Source: a virus
Direction: 5' to 3' (one strand)
IMG/VR virus record: IMGVR_UViG_2565956892_000004
Length of the DNA: 64,000 bases
Shown here: positions 1-10,412 of the stretch, one piece after another
Layout: every line of letters begins with the position of its first letter
Numbering within the stretch: position 1 is the first letter of the stretch
Notes under the pieces: model-generated
The model's input: the letters and a program-made list of their open reading frames with translations, nothing else
Told to the model about the DNA's origin: nothing
The model's database searches: none
Translations under genes and position numbers: made by a program

Positions 1-2243
1 GCTTGGCCATTAACTTTTGTAGGAATAGAGTAGGTTGCTGGTGAACGGCTGCCAGTGGACGAAATAGCTACTACTTGAGCCACATATTCACCCTCGTAGA
101 CATTCTCAATCTCTACGCTTAATCCTTTTGTAATTGGAAGTGTGAACCAGTTACCTTCGGTTTTCTTATACTTAACTTCGTAAGAAACAGCGTTCGGCAC
201 TTGCTCCCAATTGATCGACATGTTTCGAACCGTAATACCCTGTTCGATACGTGCTTCTTCAATGATTTCAACATTCTTTGTCGCCTCAATGAGTGACGGC
301 GAAATGATTGTCACATTCGGACTATCAAGCTGAATGTTGCTTTCGATGAAGTCGAATTTGCTTGGGTTGTGAGCGATTGTAGTGATCGTGTAAGTTCCCG
401 GAGCATCCTCGCTGTCACCAATGGCAACTACACGCGCAAGTTGAGGCTCTAACTCTGGAGACTTAACAATCCAAACGGCGTTATCCGTTGGCAATGTAGA
501 AAGCGCAGTATCCCAGTTGATAACCGAGTTGCCTGTTGCTAAGTCAGTGCCAATGGTCTTGATGTTACGTTCGACAAAATCACCACTCGCCAAGCGCAAC
601 ATGATTGATGAGTTTTCGTTGAGAATAATTTCAGAATCGAGAGTTGCTGAAGTTGCAGTTGCGCCAATTAAACGACCGCCCATTCGTTTGCCTGAGCGAT
701 TAGGGTCTGCAATCTGTACAACGTCACCCGGAAGCACAAAGGAAGAATCAACACCAACTTTGAAGGAAATGGTGCGTGACTGGTTACGCTCTGTATAAAG
801 CAACCATTTACCGATACGATGCGCCTGACCGCGTGATGTACAGCCGAATGATGTAATTTCAGCTTTACGCACGCCGTAACGTTGAATGAGTTCAGGGTCT
901 TCAACATATTCAACGGCGCGTTGATAGTTGCGTTCAGGGTCGTTCCAAGTAATCAAAGCAACTGAATGCATGTCTTTTCGAGACGCGCCCGAATAAACAA
1001 ACTCACCATTAACAACGTTTGAGGCGTTGTAAAGCATGGTCGGCTGAGTTGGCATGTCGCACATGTAGCCAAATTGAGAGCCAGACCAGTAGGCCATGCC
1101 GTTGAATACGGAAGTGATGTCGCTAATTAATTGATAAGCATCTGAAATGCTATTGATTACGGTATTTAATGTGAAACGTGGTTCCTTTCCGCCAAAACCA
1201 TCATCGACCATTTCGTCACAATATTGACCAATCACATATAAGCGAGCAGGGTTTGCATATGCAGGGTCAACAAATTGACCTAAGCCATAACGCTCGTTGG
1301 TAATAACGTCGTAAAGAATCCATGCAGGGTTATCGCTTGGAGCGAGTTTGAAAGTGCCGTTCCAAGTACCTTCGTATTTACGCGTTTTGTAGTCATAGTT
1401 AGACGGAACGCGAATGAGTAAACCGTCAACTAAGTAAGAACGGGTTGGAATGCTTTGAAATTGTTCTGACGAAATACTCAATCCAAAAACGGCTGAGTTT
1501 GGATAAGACAAACGCGAACCGATAATTACCGAATAACTATCAAGGTAAATATCGTTTGAAGTTGATGATTCATTACTCTCAGGACTTACGCGCTCAATCT
1601 TGATCGTCCACATTGTTACGCGTGTGCCGTCTTCCGTTTGTTTTGGAAGCGCATACTCGTATTGACGCTGATAACGCGAGCGTGTCTTACCTGTGATTTT
1701 GCCTTTGCCGATCTCAACAAAATGACTGTTATTCAGCGAGATAGAGAATTTGTACTCGACTGATGAGCCAACAATGTCGCCACGACTGGTTGTACTGATC
1801 AAAGATGGTGTAGAGATAATTACACGCGCTCTATCTGCATTTGGGTCTGTAATTGAGAAAGTTGCAGGAGAATCGCGGGTAATAAGCTGCCCAACCGAAG
1901 TAGAAGACTCAACAGTGTCGAAACCTTCACCTAAAGATGGCTGGTCTTGGGTTCCTTTAAGCATGGCCCAAGTTACGTTTTGGAAGTTGTACTCCCCTGC
2001 CGCGTTCACCAAAGGCGTATCGTTAAGGAAGATTGACTTAGGGCTGTCATCTACCAAGCCACCAATTTGCCCCTCACCGAGCAAATCAATCAAAGACAGG
2101 AACGATTTCGATTCAAGATCGTCGTCTGATTCACTGCCCCCTTTGCCACCACCGCCACCGCCTGCGCCTGCGATGACTTTAGGGGCCTTATGTACATCTT
2201 TAATAGCTTGATTAATAGTTTGTAGGTTGGTTACTGCTTCCAT
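1..2243 (-). CDS. Central tail fibre / host-specificity protein, lambda gpJ-like, N-terminal about 747 codons (partial; continues past the window start)
   Basis: A minus-strand frame is open from the ATG at 2241-2243 to position 1. No other long minus ORF is listed here. The N-terminus (KSFLSLIDLLGEGQIGGLVDDSPKSIFLNDTPLVNAAGEYNF) resembles the lambda J N-terminus. It sits downstream of a gpI-like gene, as in lambda. Confidence 0.7.
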   Translation of the reverse strand, partial: MEAVTNLQTINQAIKDVHKAPKVIAGAGGGGGGKGGSESDDDLESKSFLSLIDLLGEGQIGGLVDDSPKSIFLNDTPLVNAAGEYNFQNVTWAMLKGTQDQPSLGEGFDTVESSTSVGQLITRDSPATFSITDPNADRARVIISTPSLISTTSRGDIVGSSVEYKFSISLNNSHFVEIGKGKITGKTRSRYQRQYEYALPKQTEDGTRVTMWTIKIERVSPESNESSTSNDIYLDSYSVIIGSRLSYPNSAVFGLSISSEQFQSIPTRSYLVDGLLIRVPSNYDYKTRKYEGTWNGTFKLAPSDNPAWILYDVITNERYGLGQFVDPAYANPARLYVIGQYCDEMVDDGFGGKEPRFTLNTVINSISDAYQLISDITSVFNGMAYWSGSQFGYMCDMPTQPTMLYNASNVVNGEFVYSGASRKDMHSVALITWNDPERNYQRAVEYVEDPELIQRYGVRKAEITSFGCTSRGQAHRIGKWLLYTERNQSRTISFKVGVDSSFVLPGDVVQIADPNRSGKRMGGRLIGATATSATLDSEIILNENSSIMLRLASGDFVERNIKTIGTDLATGNSVINWDTALSTLPTDNAVWIVKSPELEPQLARVVAIGDSEDAPGTYTITTIAHNPSKFDFIESNIQLDSPNVTIISPSLIEATKNVEIIEEARIEQGITVRNMSINWEQVPNAVSYEVKYKKTEGNWFTLPITKGLSVEIENVYEGEYVAQVVAISSTGSRSPATYSIPTKVNGQ

Positions 2244-2832
2244 GCAAAAACCCTTTTACTTGATTCGTTTGAGTGGTTGTAAAAGCTGACAATTCGTTGA
2301 CAGTCATGCGTACGGAAATAGGCGAAGCACCCGTTTTGATTCGTCCGTAAATCAAAGGAACGGGGTCGCCTTGCTGCACCGTATTGGTGGCGCCTTGAAA
2401 GTAATGAGAGGTTCTGGTTGAGCCAGTTTTGACCTTCGGAGCTAGAAGCTCACTTCCCCCGCTCATAACAAGCGCAAGTCCGGCTTGGAACGCCATTGGG
2501 CCAAGCCAGTAGGAAGCGACCATCAAAACCACACCGGCGATGATTTTTCCCCACTTACCTGAACCCGTAACGACAGGAGCGAAGTGAACGGATTGAATGT
2601 TGTTTGCCGAGAGCAAAGTGTCTTTCGTCAAAAATTCCTTTTTGCCGTTCTTGAAGATGCAAAACACTCGGTAGTTTTTGTACTTTTGAAGATTTGCTCG
2701 CATCCAATGAAACAAACGTCCTGTGTTTGCATCAATGAGAGCTAATGCTTCGCGTGGAGTTTTGATAGCTAGGTTCCATTCCTTGCCAAACTCCTTGCCC
2801 ATTGGGCCATGAAGATGAACGCTAACTAGCAT
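2212..2832 (-). CDS. Tail assembly protein, lambda gpI-like
   Basis: 206 aa. Position between gpK-like and gpJ-like genes. Hydrophobic central segment (GKIIAGVVLMVASYWLGPMAFQAGLALVMSGG), as in gpI family. Confidence 0.55.
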   Translation of the reverse strand: MLVSVHLHGPMGKEFGKEWNLAIKTPREALALIDANTGRLFHWMRANLQKYKNYRVFCIFKNGKKEFLTKDTLLSANNIQSVHFAPVVTGSGKWGKIIAGVVLMVASYWLGPMAFQAGLALVMSGGSELLAPKVKTGSTRTSHYFQGATNTVQQGDPVPLIYGRIKTGASPISVRMTVNELSAFTTTQTNQVKGFLHGSSNQPTNY

Positions 2833-3604
2833 TTACGTGTCTCAATCGTCTGATGGTGTGCTTTTCCCAATAGCCGCCGTAGGTATCAATGGTTGATAAG
2901 CGACCTTGAACGTGATGAAGAAATTGATTGTTTCCAATGTAGACGCCGACATGGTTTGCGTGACCGCTGGCGTCCGTTTGAAACATCAAAACATCGCCCT
3001 TTTGAAGCTCTCCTTCGATTTCGAAAAGACCTTCATTGGCGAAGTGGGTGTCGAAAAAATTTGTCTCATCCTTGAGCCAAAAGTTTTCAAGTCGTGGATA
3101 GTTGTTGCTGATCTCAATGTTTAATTCGCGTTTAAGGTAATCAACAACGAGTGACCAGCAATCAAACGTGCCGTACACATATGGACGACCAACGTAAGGT
3201 TGTTGGTATCCAGTCGGCTCAAAGTAAATAAGATCGGAAAATTCAAAGCAGTCTGAGCGCTTATAAATGCCCATCAAGAACCACGGCAATTCACTTTCTT
3301 CGCACGCAGCTAAATCTGCTGGTGTTGGTCGTGCCGGCTCTTCAACATGGGTATGCCAAACGCCTAAAAGCTCACCTTCTTGCTCCGCTTCAGCCCAAGC
3401 GCCGGGATTCATTAAGAAGTTAGTGCGTTTGTTGTGTGCTTCATTTTGCTTTTCGATAACGAGAGTCTTCTTGCCCACCCCCACAATGAAGCCGCAAGCT
3501 TCGTATGGGTAACGAAGCTCAGCAATTTCACGGATTCGGGCAGCAACAGACTGACGAGCTTTAGGATTAATCGTCGCCACGTTGAACCCCCGGCATTCCA
3601 CCAA
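2822..3604 (-). CDS. Tail tip assembly protein, lambda gpK-like (JAMM/MPN + NlpC/P60 domains)
   Basis: N-terminal JAMM-like motif (E..CGFIVG...WHTHVEEPARPTPAD = HxH..S/T..D). C-terminal NlpC/P60-like Cys/His (FDCWSLV ... HVGVYIG). Synteny. Confidence 0.7.
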   Translation of the reverse strand: MVECRGFNVATINPKARQSVAARIREIAELRYPYEACGFIVGVGKKTLVIEKQNEAHNKRTNFLMNPGAWAEAEQEGELLGVWHTHVEEPARPTPADLAACEESELPWFLMGIYKRSDCFEFSDLIYFEPTGYQQPYVGRPYVYGTFDCWSLVVDYLKRELNIEISNNYPRLENFWLKDETNFFDTHFANEGLFEIEGELQKGDVLMFQTDASGHANHVGVYIGNNQFLHHVQGRLSTIDTYGGYWEKHTIRRLRHVNAS

Positions 3605-4277
3605 ACGTCAAAACAACATCACTACCTTGTCGGGCTTTGCAGGACGTAAACCGCTTTGGGCAACAGTCCTTATTGATGTCGTTTGTAGGCTGGTCAAACT
3701 CGTCGTAATAGCCACCTGAGTAGCCACATTCAGGGCCTCGATACCGCCATGCGCATGAGTTCTTTAGAACTTGTCGATAAGGCAGTTTGATGCCGTCGAA
3801 ATCAAATGCTGAAGCCAGCTCCCATTCGATGACATCTTTGGTTTCGGTAGCTTTACGATCAACCAGCCACATTTCGTCTGGTAAATGTTGGTCGGGGTTC
3901 TCTTCTGGATTGCCGTTGCGGAAATTGACAGCATCAAGATAGCGAGCAAAAGTTCGTTTGCGAGTGATTCGAGCGCCCACCAGATCGTCCATTTGGATGA
4001 CCATAGCCGAGAACAAACCGCCCACATTGGCAATTTTTAGCTTAGGGCGTGGCAAAGTGCCTTGAGCTGTCTTGTCAAAACCGCTGCTTTCGATTGGCAT
4101 AGGCTTGTAATTCAAGCCTTGCCAAACGATGTCTTGATAGCCCTGCGCGATTCCTGAGTGGAAACGCATAATTGAGCCGTTTTCAAACATTGTGGTGTCG
4201 ATTACAAACAACTCCACCAAAGCTGACGGAGAAAGCGATTGAATCTCCGTCTGAATGTTTACAACTGGAATGTTCAC
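3567..4277 (-). CDS. Minor tail protein, lambda gpL-like
   Basis: C-terminal cysteine cluster (CAWRYRGPECGY ... CCPKRFTSC), typical of gpL Fe-S region. Position between M-like and K-like genes. Confidence 0.65.
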   Translation of the reverse strand: MNIPVVNIQTEIQSLSPSALVELFVIDTTMFENGSIMRFHSGIAQGYQDIVWQGLNYKPMPIESSGFDKTAQGTLPRPKLKIANVGGLFSAMVIQMDDLVGARITRKRTFARYLDAVNFRNGNPEENPDQHLPDEMWLVDRKATETKDVIEWELASAFDFDGIKLPYRQVLKNSCAWRYRGPECGYSGGYYDEFDQPTNDINKDCCPKRFTSCKARQGSDVVLTFGGMPGVQRGDD

Positions 4278-4285
4278 GAGTGTCC

Positions 4286-4615
4286 TTACTCAAATACCTG
4301 TTCGAATACCCCCGTTATCTGAAGTACTCCGAACCCGACTTGTTTACTTTTCCAAGACCGGCAGACGTATCGTCCTAATTCGCCTTCTGGATCAACCCAC
4401 TCAAACGCCTTAACTGCTCCATGCTGTTTAAGGAAAGCCCGAATTTTTCGGTACTCGTCTAAGTTCTTCGTGAACGTGACAGTCCATTTATTCGGTTGGG
4501 AGTTAATTCCTGTTGCCAGTCTTGCTTCATATCCATCGCCAAATTTCGTGACTGTAACGAGCGGGGTTTCATCCCGCTCACAGCCTAAATCTGGACTCCA
4601 TTCAAATTTTAGCAT
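4286..4615 (-). CDS. Minor tail protein, lambda gpM-like
   Basis: 109 aa ORF immediately downstream of tape measure. Synteny only. AGGA created by the centre of the palindromic element lies 10 nt upstream of the ATG. Confidence 0.5.
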   Translation of the reverse strand: MLKFEWSPDLGCERDETPLVTVTKFGDGYEARLATGINSQPNKWTVTFTKNLDEYRKIRAFLKQHGAVKAFEWVDPEGELGRYVCRSWKSKQVGFGVLQITGVFEQVFE

Positions 4616-4651
4616 AGTAAGTCAGTCCTGACTGATTTTTTTGATTGATTT

Positions 4652-7600
4652 TTACTGGTTTGTTGAACGCAACATACCGCCTGGTCGTTTTTGCTTCACG
4701 ATCTCTTCCTGAACTAATGACTTGACTCTGTTAGACAAGTCTTTCCAGTTGGATTCGTTGTCTCCGCCTTTTGAGCTTTCTGTTGTTGTATCTCCATTGT
4801 TGTTGACTTCAATGTTGATGCTTACAACCGTGCCCCCACCAACTGGCGCGCCTCCGTTTAGAGCAACCCCTAAACGTCCTGAAGAATCACGTTGCAATGG
4901 CATGACCGCTTCTGGCCCAGCTTCTCCCATTACGCCGTTTGCAAATCCGCCACCTTTGGCAAACTTGAAGTAGGTTGGTGAATCGTAAATCCCATTGGTA
5001 AATGCCCCGCCGTTAGCAAAAGCATGTGTACCAGCGCCAAAAGCGCCACCGTTAGCAAAGAAAGAGGAAGCGATAGATGCAGCCGCACCAATCCAGCCAC
5101 CAGCACCTCCCATACCTCCGCCAGCTCCACCGCCACCGCTAAACAAACCACTAATGGCACTTGCTAGGCTGCTAAAAATTCCACCACCGCCAGCGCCTCC
5201 ACCGAACAAGCTGCTAAATGCACTGCCGATAGAACTCATTAAGCCACTGCCGTTGCTGAATAAATTAGAGAAGCCCGACTTGATTGTTGAGAAGATGCCG
5301 CCACCCGCTCCCTGTCCGAAGATGTCCATGAAGCCAGATTTGATCTGCGCAAACAGACCACCAAGCACTCCACCTTCTGCGCCTTCTAGCGAACCCCCAA
5401 CGCTTTTATCCATCAATCCGCCGTTGAGGAAGCTAGGTAAGTTAGGGTCCATACCGGCACCACCTTCAAACCCGCCGGCTAGATGGTCAAGGAAGCCACC
5501 AGAACCATTGACATAATCAATAGCCCCAACATTTTCAGGCCCTAGTACTGCGCTTGCGAAGGTTGTTAGGTCTTCACCACCAACTGATGATGCAACACCA
5601 CCAATGACACTAGAAATGCTTTGGCCACGGAGTGCTGCTGTGAGGTTTTGAATTGCTGCGGTGTTGGCATTTACCGCGATTGTGTTAGAAGCCTCCGCCG
5701 AGTCTGCTGAAGAGTCACTTGACGCCACCCCAGTCAAACCACGGATTTTGTTTAGCCACTTTCCAACAAATCCACTTTCATCAACGGCCTCGCCTTTGAG
5801 TAAGGATTTGCCCATTGAGTAAAGGTCGGTATTAGCGCCATCACCAAGCGCGCGTTTAGACATGTCTTGCCACACGTAGCGGAAAGCGCCTTGTGAAATT
5901 TTAGATGCGCTCTCAGACAAGATGCCGCTTAGGGAGACGTCATCGCCTTTCAGGAACTTATTAAAAATGCCATCCGACATTTCAACGCCAAGATCTGAAA
6001 TGGTTTGACGATATGTGGTTTCGTAATCCCGCCATTTGATCATTGCCTGATCATAGGTGGACATTAGCTCACGGCGGCGCTTTTCCTCTTGAATGCGGTA
6101 AAACTCTGAAAACTCTTCTTCAAAGTCTTTGCGTGTCTGCAATAACTTCGCATACAAGTCCTCTTGTTCTTGAGTGCGTTGCTGTACGGCGTCTAAAGAG
6201 GCGATCTGCTCGTCAAGTTGAGATTGAATCAACTTGTATGGCTTGATCAGGTCGTCATACTTTTTATTTACCGCTTGTTGGTTTCGCGCGTATTCATTGT
6301 CGACAAATACAGATGAATCTTCGGAGTTTGAGTTTTTCGCCTTTTTCGCGTAACCCAAATAATCTGAAGCTGTTTGCATTGCGATAGATGCATTTTTATT
6401 TGAAACGTAATTAGGGTCGCCGTATGCGAACGGATTCTTCGCTTCAAATCGCGCAAATTCACGACGTAATGCAGCCAAAGCATCACTTTGATTGTCTATG
6501 TCATTTGTTGCATCTTCGAGTGAGTCTTTGAAGTTCTCATTTGCATTTGCTGATTTAGAAACCGCAAATTGAACCGACTTATGCATGTCTTCAAGCTGAC
6601 GAACTTGAGCCATGTTTTTGAGAATCTGCTCAACTGAAATACCTGTTTTTGGATCTACGGCGTTCCAGTCAATATCCTCTTGCTTCCATACGCGCCCTTT
6701 TTGGTAGCTGCGGTTAGCAAATGGGCGATTCTTAGGGTTTCTGCCATCGTCAAAGTTGCCTTGCATCCACTCTTTGATAAATGAAAGCTTGGCGAGTTTG
6801 TAGTAATCTGGCGCGCCTTTTTCCAAAACTGAATCATCAAGAACATTCAGCTCCGCAATTTTAGCTAACAGACCTTCATTAACCCCCATGACTTTGCTTT
6901 CAAAGTCACGAGTTGAACCACCAGAGCCTCGATCTTTTTTAGGCTTGGTAGCAAGCGTTGGAGAGCTAATATCGTGATTACCAGTTCCCGGCATGAAGCC
7001 AGCTGGGGTAGCTGAAGTGTGGTTGTCTTTGTCAGTAGTTGCAGATGTTTTCTTCTGTTCGTCCGAAGTTAAGCCATAGTTCTTTTTGACATGCCCCATC
7101 GCTTTGTCGTATTGAACCTTAACTTCATAAGGCATACGTGGGGCTTTGACGTCAGTATGGCCATAACGAGCCCCAGATTGGCTGTACTCGTAAGCGTTAG
7201 CCCAGTTCTTGACGCTATCGGTAACTTTAACTCCCTTAACCGTATCGCCAACTTTTGCACCTTTAAGCAAATTCGCGTAACGCTTGGTTACTTCGGTTGA
7301 GATGTTATTAACCTTTTCTTGCTTTTCGCCTTCCGTAACTACATGAAGACGCTCTTGCTGCTCCTTAATCTGACGGCGCGTTTCTTGAATTTCAGCGCGG
7401 GCCTGTAATTGCTCACCTGTAAAGAACTCTTTAAAGGATAGCCAAGCGCCTTTAAGAGAGTTGATCATCAAATCCCAATTGGACACGATGTCATTGACAA
7501 TATTTTGGATGTGGGTGTTAATTTCTGTTCCGCCCACTTTGAGCGAGCCGATCCACTTACCAATCGCCCAACCAAATTGCCCCGCCAAGATGAGCCAACC

Positions 7601-9166
7601 AGCCCAATTGACCACAGAACCCAATAGGCGAAGTGCGCCCCCAGCAAATACCTTAACTGAACCCAAGTGGCCAGATAGCTTGCCTGCAAATCCTTTTACG
7701 CCTGCATTGGCGCGTTCTGCGGATTTTTCAGCTGTTGTGCCGAAGGATGTAAATTCAGATGCGGCTTTTCCGACAGTATCTTTGGTTGCGTTGATTGAGG
7801 TTTTGGCCGCCCCTGATGCCGTCCCTAAGTTTTTCATTGAAGAAACAATGTTCCCCAAAGATTTAGGCATCAACCCCAACACACCCAATAACATTCGAAT
7901 AGGCGAGAGCGTTGCCATAATAGTAACTTTGAGCAGGCCAAACCCTACCGTCATCAAAGAAAGCGTGGCTAGAGTTGGATTGTCCTTACCAAATTCACTG
8001 AATGAGCGAATGATGCTTGCAAAGAACTTAGGAACTTCGGCTAACTTAGCAAGAAGAGGCTCAAAGGTGACAGCAAAATCAGCCAAAGAAGCTTTTAGAA
8101 TGTCCATGTTGGCATTCCAGTTCTCGGTTAGATTTTGCATCGCCTCAAGTTCGCCTTGAGATCCCATTGCTGTTTCAGCTGCGTGGTTTGAACGCTCCAC
8201 AAAACTGCGGTTCATGGTCAACAACATACCGTCAATGGTTTTGTTGGACATGCCCGACTGTGCAAAGAAACGCTTAAATGCTGCGTTTTCAATGTCATCT
8301 TGTGTGCGCTGATCTACCAGCTGACCATTTGCACCGATCATTCGCCCTTCGGCGTTGTAGCTATGCTTAGGCGTATTTGCACCAAAGAACTTCTTGAACT
8401 GTGCGTCTTGCATCATGTAATCGAGCAATTGACCACGCAATCCAGCAAAGAACTTGATAGGGTCCTTCGACATTTCCTTGACGTCTTTGAAGCCAGCTGT
8501 TTTCACAGCTTTCATCATTGCGCCTTGAATTTCTCGCGAGTTCTGGAATTGTTGCGACGTACCATCGGCGAATGCGTCGTTCATAACGTCCGCACCAAGC
8601 AAATTGAGAGCCGCCGTGTTGGTTATTGGCTTGCCTGATGCATAAAGGCTCATCATTTTAAAGATGGTACCAACTGAGGAAACGCCACCACCGCCACCGT
8701 TTCCGCCGCCAGCTGTCTTAAACTGCTCCATTACTGCGGCGAGTCTAATCCACCCTTCAGAAGACATGGTTTGGCGCAAATCACCAATATTACGGGCCAC
8801 CGTCTCAATGTCGGCCATCTTGATTTTGCCGCCTGAAGCAACGGCCATTCTGCGGGCAATATCAAATGACTTATTGACTTCGTTAGGGTCATCCATCACC
8901 TGCCTTGCTTCGGCAAAACCATATAGATTTTTTACGACGTCTGAATGTGTGCCGTTTTCATAACCCAAAGAACGCAAAAGATATGCATTTCGAGAAGCGC
9001 TCGATATGGTTTTGTCGATCGTTGGCTCTTTGTTGTAGCCAATTGCCGTCAGAGCATCGAGACGGGTTTGCATTGCTGCGGTTCTGGATAAGTATTTTTC
9101 AGTACTTGCCAAATCCCATGACTTCTCCTTGAAGCGATTAAACTCTTCAGGAGATAAGTTAAGCAT
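4652..9166 (-). CDS. Tail tape measure protein (C-terminal 1504 codons of a longer open frame)
   Basis: 1504 aa. Coiled-coil N-terminal half. C-terminal Gly/Phe-rich tandem repeats (GGIFS.., GGAF..). Sits between the G/T chaperones and gpM-like gene. No convincing RBS at the 9166 ATG. The frame is open upstream to a TAG at 9422-9424. Confidence 0.85.
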   Translation of the reverse strand: MLNLSPEEFNRFKEKSWDLASTEKYLSRTAAMQTRLDALTAIGYNKEPTIDKTISSASRNAYLLRSLGYENGTHSDVVKNLYGFAEARQVMDDPNEVNKSFDIARRMAVASGGKIKMADIETVARNIGDLRQTMSSEGWIRLAAVMEQFKTAGGGNGGGGGVSSVGTIFKMMSLYASGKPITNTAALNLLGADVMNDAFADGTSQQFQNSREIQGAMMKAVKTAGFKDVKEMSKDPIKFFAGLRGQLLDYMMQDAQFKKFFGANTPKHSYNAEGRMIGANGQLVDQRTQDDIENAAFKRFFAQSGMSNKTIDGMLLTMNRSFVERSNHAAETAMGSQGELEAMQNLTENWNANMDILKASLADFAVTFEPLLAKLAEVPKFFASIIRSFSEFGKDNPTLATLSLMTVGFGLLKVTIMATLSPIRMLLGVLGLMPKSLGNIVSSMKNLGTASGAAKTSINATKDTVGKAASEFTSFGTTAEKSAERANAGVKGFAGKLSGHLGSVKVFAGGALRLLGSVVNWAGWLILAGQFGWAIGKWIGSLKVGGTEINTHIQNIVNDIVSNWDLMINSLKGAWLSFKEFFTGEQLQARAEIQETRRQIKEQQERLHVVTEGEKQEKVNNISTEVTKRYANLLKGAKVGDTVKGVKVTDSVKNWANAYEYSQSGARYGHTDVKAPRMPYEVKVQYDKAMGHVKKNYGLTSDEQKKTSATTDKDNHTSATPAGFMPGTGNHDISSPTLATKPKKDRGSGGSTRDFESKVMGVNEGLLAKIAELNVLDDSVLEKGAPDYYKLAKLSFIKEWMQGNFDDGRNPKNRPFANRSYQKGRVWKQEDIDWNAVDPKTGISVEQILKNMAQVRQLEDMHKSVQFAVSKSANANENFKDSLEDATNDIDNQSDALAALRREFARFEAKNPFAYGDPNYVSNKNASIAMQTASDYLGYAKKAKNSNSEDSSVFVDNEYARNQQAVNKKYDDLIKPYKLIQSQLDEQIASLDAVQQRTQEQEDLYAKLLQTRKDFEEEFSEFYRIQEEKRRRELMSTYDQAMIKWRDYETTYRQTISDLGVEMSDGIFNKFLKGDDVSLSGILSESASKISQGAFRYVWQDMSKRALGDGANTDLYSMGKSLLKGEAVDESGFVGKWLNKIRGLTGVASSDSSADSAEASNTIAVNANTAAIQNLTAALRGQSISSVIGGVASSVGGEDLTTFASAVLGPENVGAIDYVNGSGGFLDHLAGGFEGGAGMDPNLPSFLNGGLMDKSVGGSLEGAEGGVLGGLFAQIKSGFMDIFGQGAGGGIFSTIKSGFSNLFSNGSGLMSSIGSAFSSLFGGGAGGGGIFSSLASAISGLFSGGGGAGGGMGGAGGWIGAAASIASSFFANGGAFGAGTHAFANGGAFTNGIYDSPTYFKFAKGGGFANGVMGEAGPEAVMPLQRDSSGRLGVALNGGAPVGGGTVVSINIEVNNNGDTTTESSKGGDNESNWKDLSNRVKSLVQEEIVKQKRPGGMLRSTNQ

Positions 9167-9421
9167 GCGAACGCGATCTTCGACATCTTGATAACTCGCC
9201 GCTTCATGTACACCCGCAACGGTTGCCGCGCCAGCTCCAACAGCAGTTACCGCTGCGGCCGCTTCGGCATTCGCGCGGTTGATTTCAGCAGCTTCGCGGC
9301 GTCGACGCGCTAGTTCCGCTTGGTGGTTACGCTCCTTTAAGCGTTCAAGCCGATTTAAATCGCGCTCTTCTGCTTTGATCTTTAATTCAGCCGCTCTTTG
9401 TTCCTGTTTGGAGTTGGCGAT

Positions 9422-10396
9422 CTATTGTTTTGATTCACGATCTTTAAGGGCGGCCAATCCACGTTCGGCCTTTTCGACGTCCTTAATAGCACGAATGCGT
9501 TCGCGCTCTGTATCATTGCGTTTTTTGGCTAAGTCATTTTGTTCTTTTAAAACATCACGCTCTTGGCGTTCCAGACGCAAGCCATCATCAGTGATTTTGA
9601 TTGCGTTTTTAAGCTCTTTGTTCCGCTCCCGCAACATGGAAACAGACTGTTCAATTGCGAGCTTGGTTTGGCGAAGGGTTGTTAATTGCTCTTCCGCAGC
9701 GTTTGCTTTGCCGGAATGGTTTTTATATGCCGCTAAACCGCGCTCAGTTGTCGCTGTGGCGAATTTATTAGCTTGGCTAGTGGCATTGCGCTTAACAGTC
9801 TCTAACTTGCGCTCTAGGGCTTCGTATTGCTTATAAAGCTGCTCGCGAGATTTTAAGGACTGTTGGTTTGCCTGCTCTTCCTCAGCGAGAATGCGGCGAC
9901 GCTCAAGCCAACGTGTTTTTTCCTTTTCCGCCCCTTCGCCAGCATGTTTGATGCGAGACTTGCCTAGTCGCTCTTCGGTTTTACGAACGCGATCAAGTAC
10001 GGGGTTTAGACCATCAATGGTATTGCCGTAATGGTCGGTGAGTTCTTTAAGGGAAGTGATGGCGCTTTTTTGCTGAGTAGCCGCACCTGTCAGCTTTTCA
10101 AGCTTGCGCGAAAGCAAGTCGACGTTCTTGGTAGTTTCGCCAACTTTCTTTTGAGCATCAGTAAATGTTTTGCTTGTGGTGCCTAGTGTTTTTTCAGCAT
10201 CGCTAAAACGACGATTAAGCTCGACCATCCCCTGCTTTGTATCAGCAAGTTTTGAATCGAGCTTAGTTGACTGTTTACCGAGGTTGTCTAATTCCTTCTC
10301 AAGCGCGATTGCCTTTTTGGTGGCTTGCTCAATTGCGGAATCAAATTGCGATGCATCTAACGTGAGGCTGTTTTTAACTTCGCCGCCGCCGATCAT
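9422..10396 (-). CDS. Coiled-coil protein, probable N-terminal segment of tape measure separated by an in-frame TAG
   Basis: Good SD (TAAGGATGG) and ATG at 10394-10396 directly after the gpT-like stop. 324 aa, charged coiled-coil. Same reading frame as 4652..9166 with one TAG between them. Confidence 0.55.
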   Translation of the reverse strand: MIGGGEVKNSLTLDASQFDSAIEQATKKAIALEKELDNLGKQSTKLDSKLADTKQGMVELNRRFSDAEKTLGTTSKTFTDAQKKVGETTKNVDLLSRKLEKLTGAATQQKSAITSLKELTDHYGNTIDGLNPVLDRVRKTEERLGKSRIKHAGEGAEKEKTRWLERRRILAEEEQANQQSLKSREQLYKQYEALERKLETVKRNATSQANKFATATTERGLAAYKNHSGKANAAEEQLTTLRQTKLAIEQSVSMLRERNKELKNAIKITDDGLRLERQERDVLKEQNDLAKKRNDTERERIRAIKDVEKAERGLAALKDRESKQ

Positions 10397-10412
10397 GTGT
10401 GTTTAACCATCC

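Noticed and set aside
4629-4646. Palindromic element interpreted as Rho-independent terminators
   Set aside because: Stems are only 5-7 bp and AT-rich. U-tracts are inconsistent and appear on either strand. Several copies abut RBS/start codons directly. Genuine terminators in this genome look different (8-9 bp GC stems plus U6-7).
4995-5516. Plus-strand 173-aa Pro-rich ORF (and 7461..8159, 232 aa) overlapping the tape measure gene
   Set aside because: They are antisense to the Gly-rich repeats of the tape measure (GGN read backwards gives NCC/Pro). There is no RBS. They sit entirely inside a well-supported long gene.
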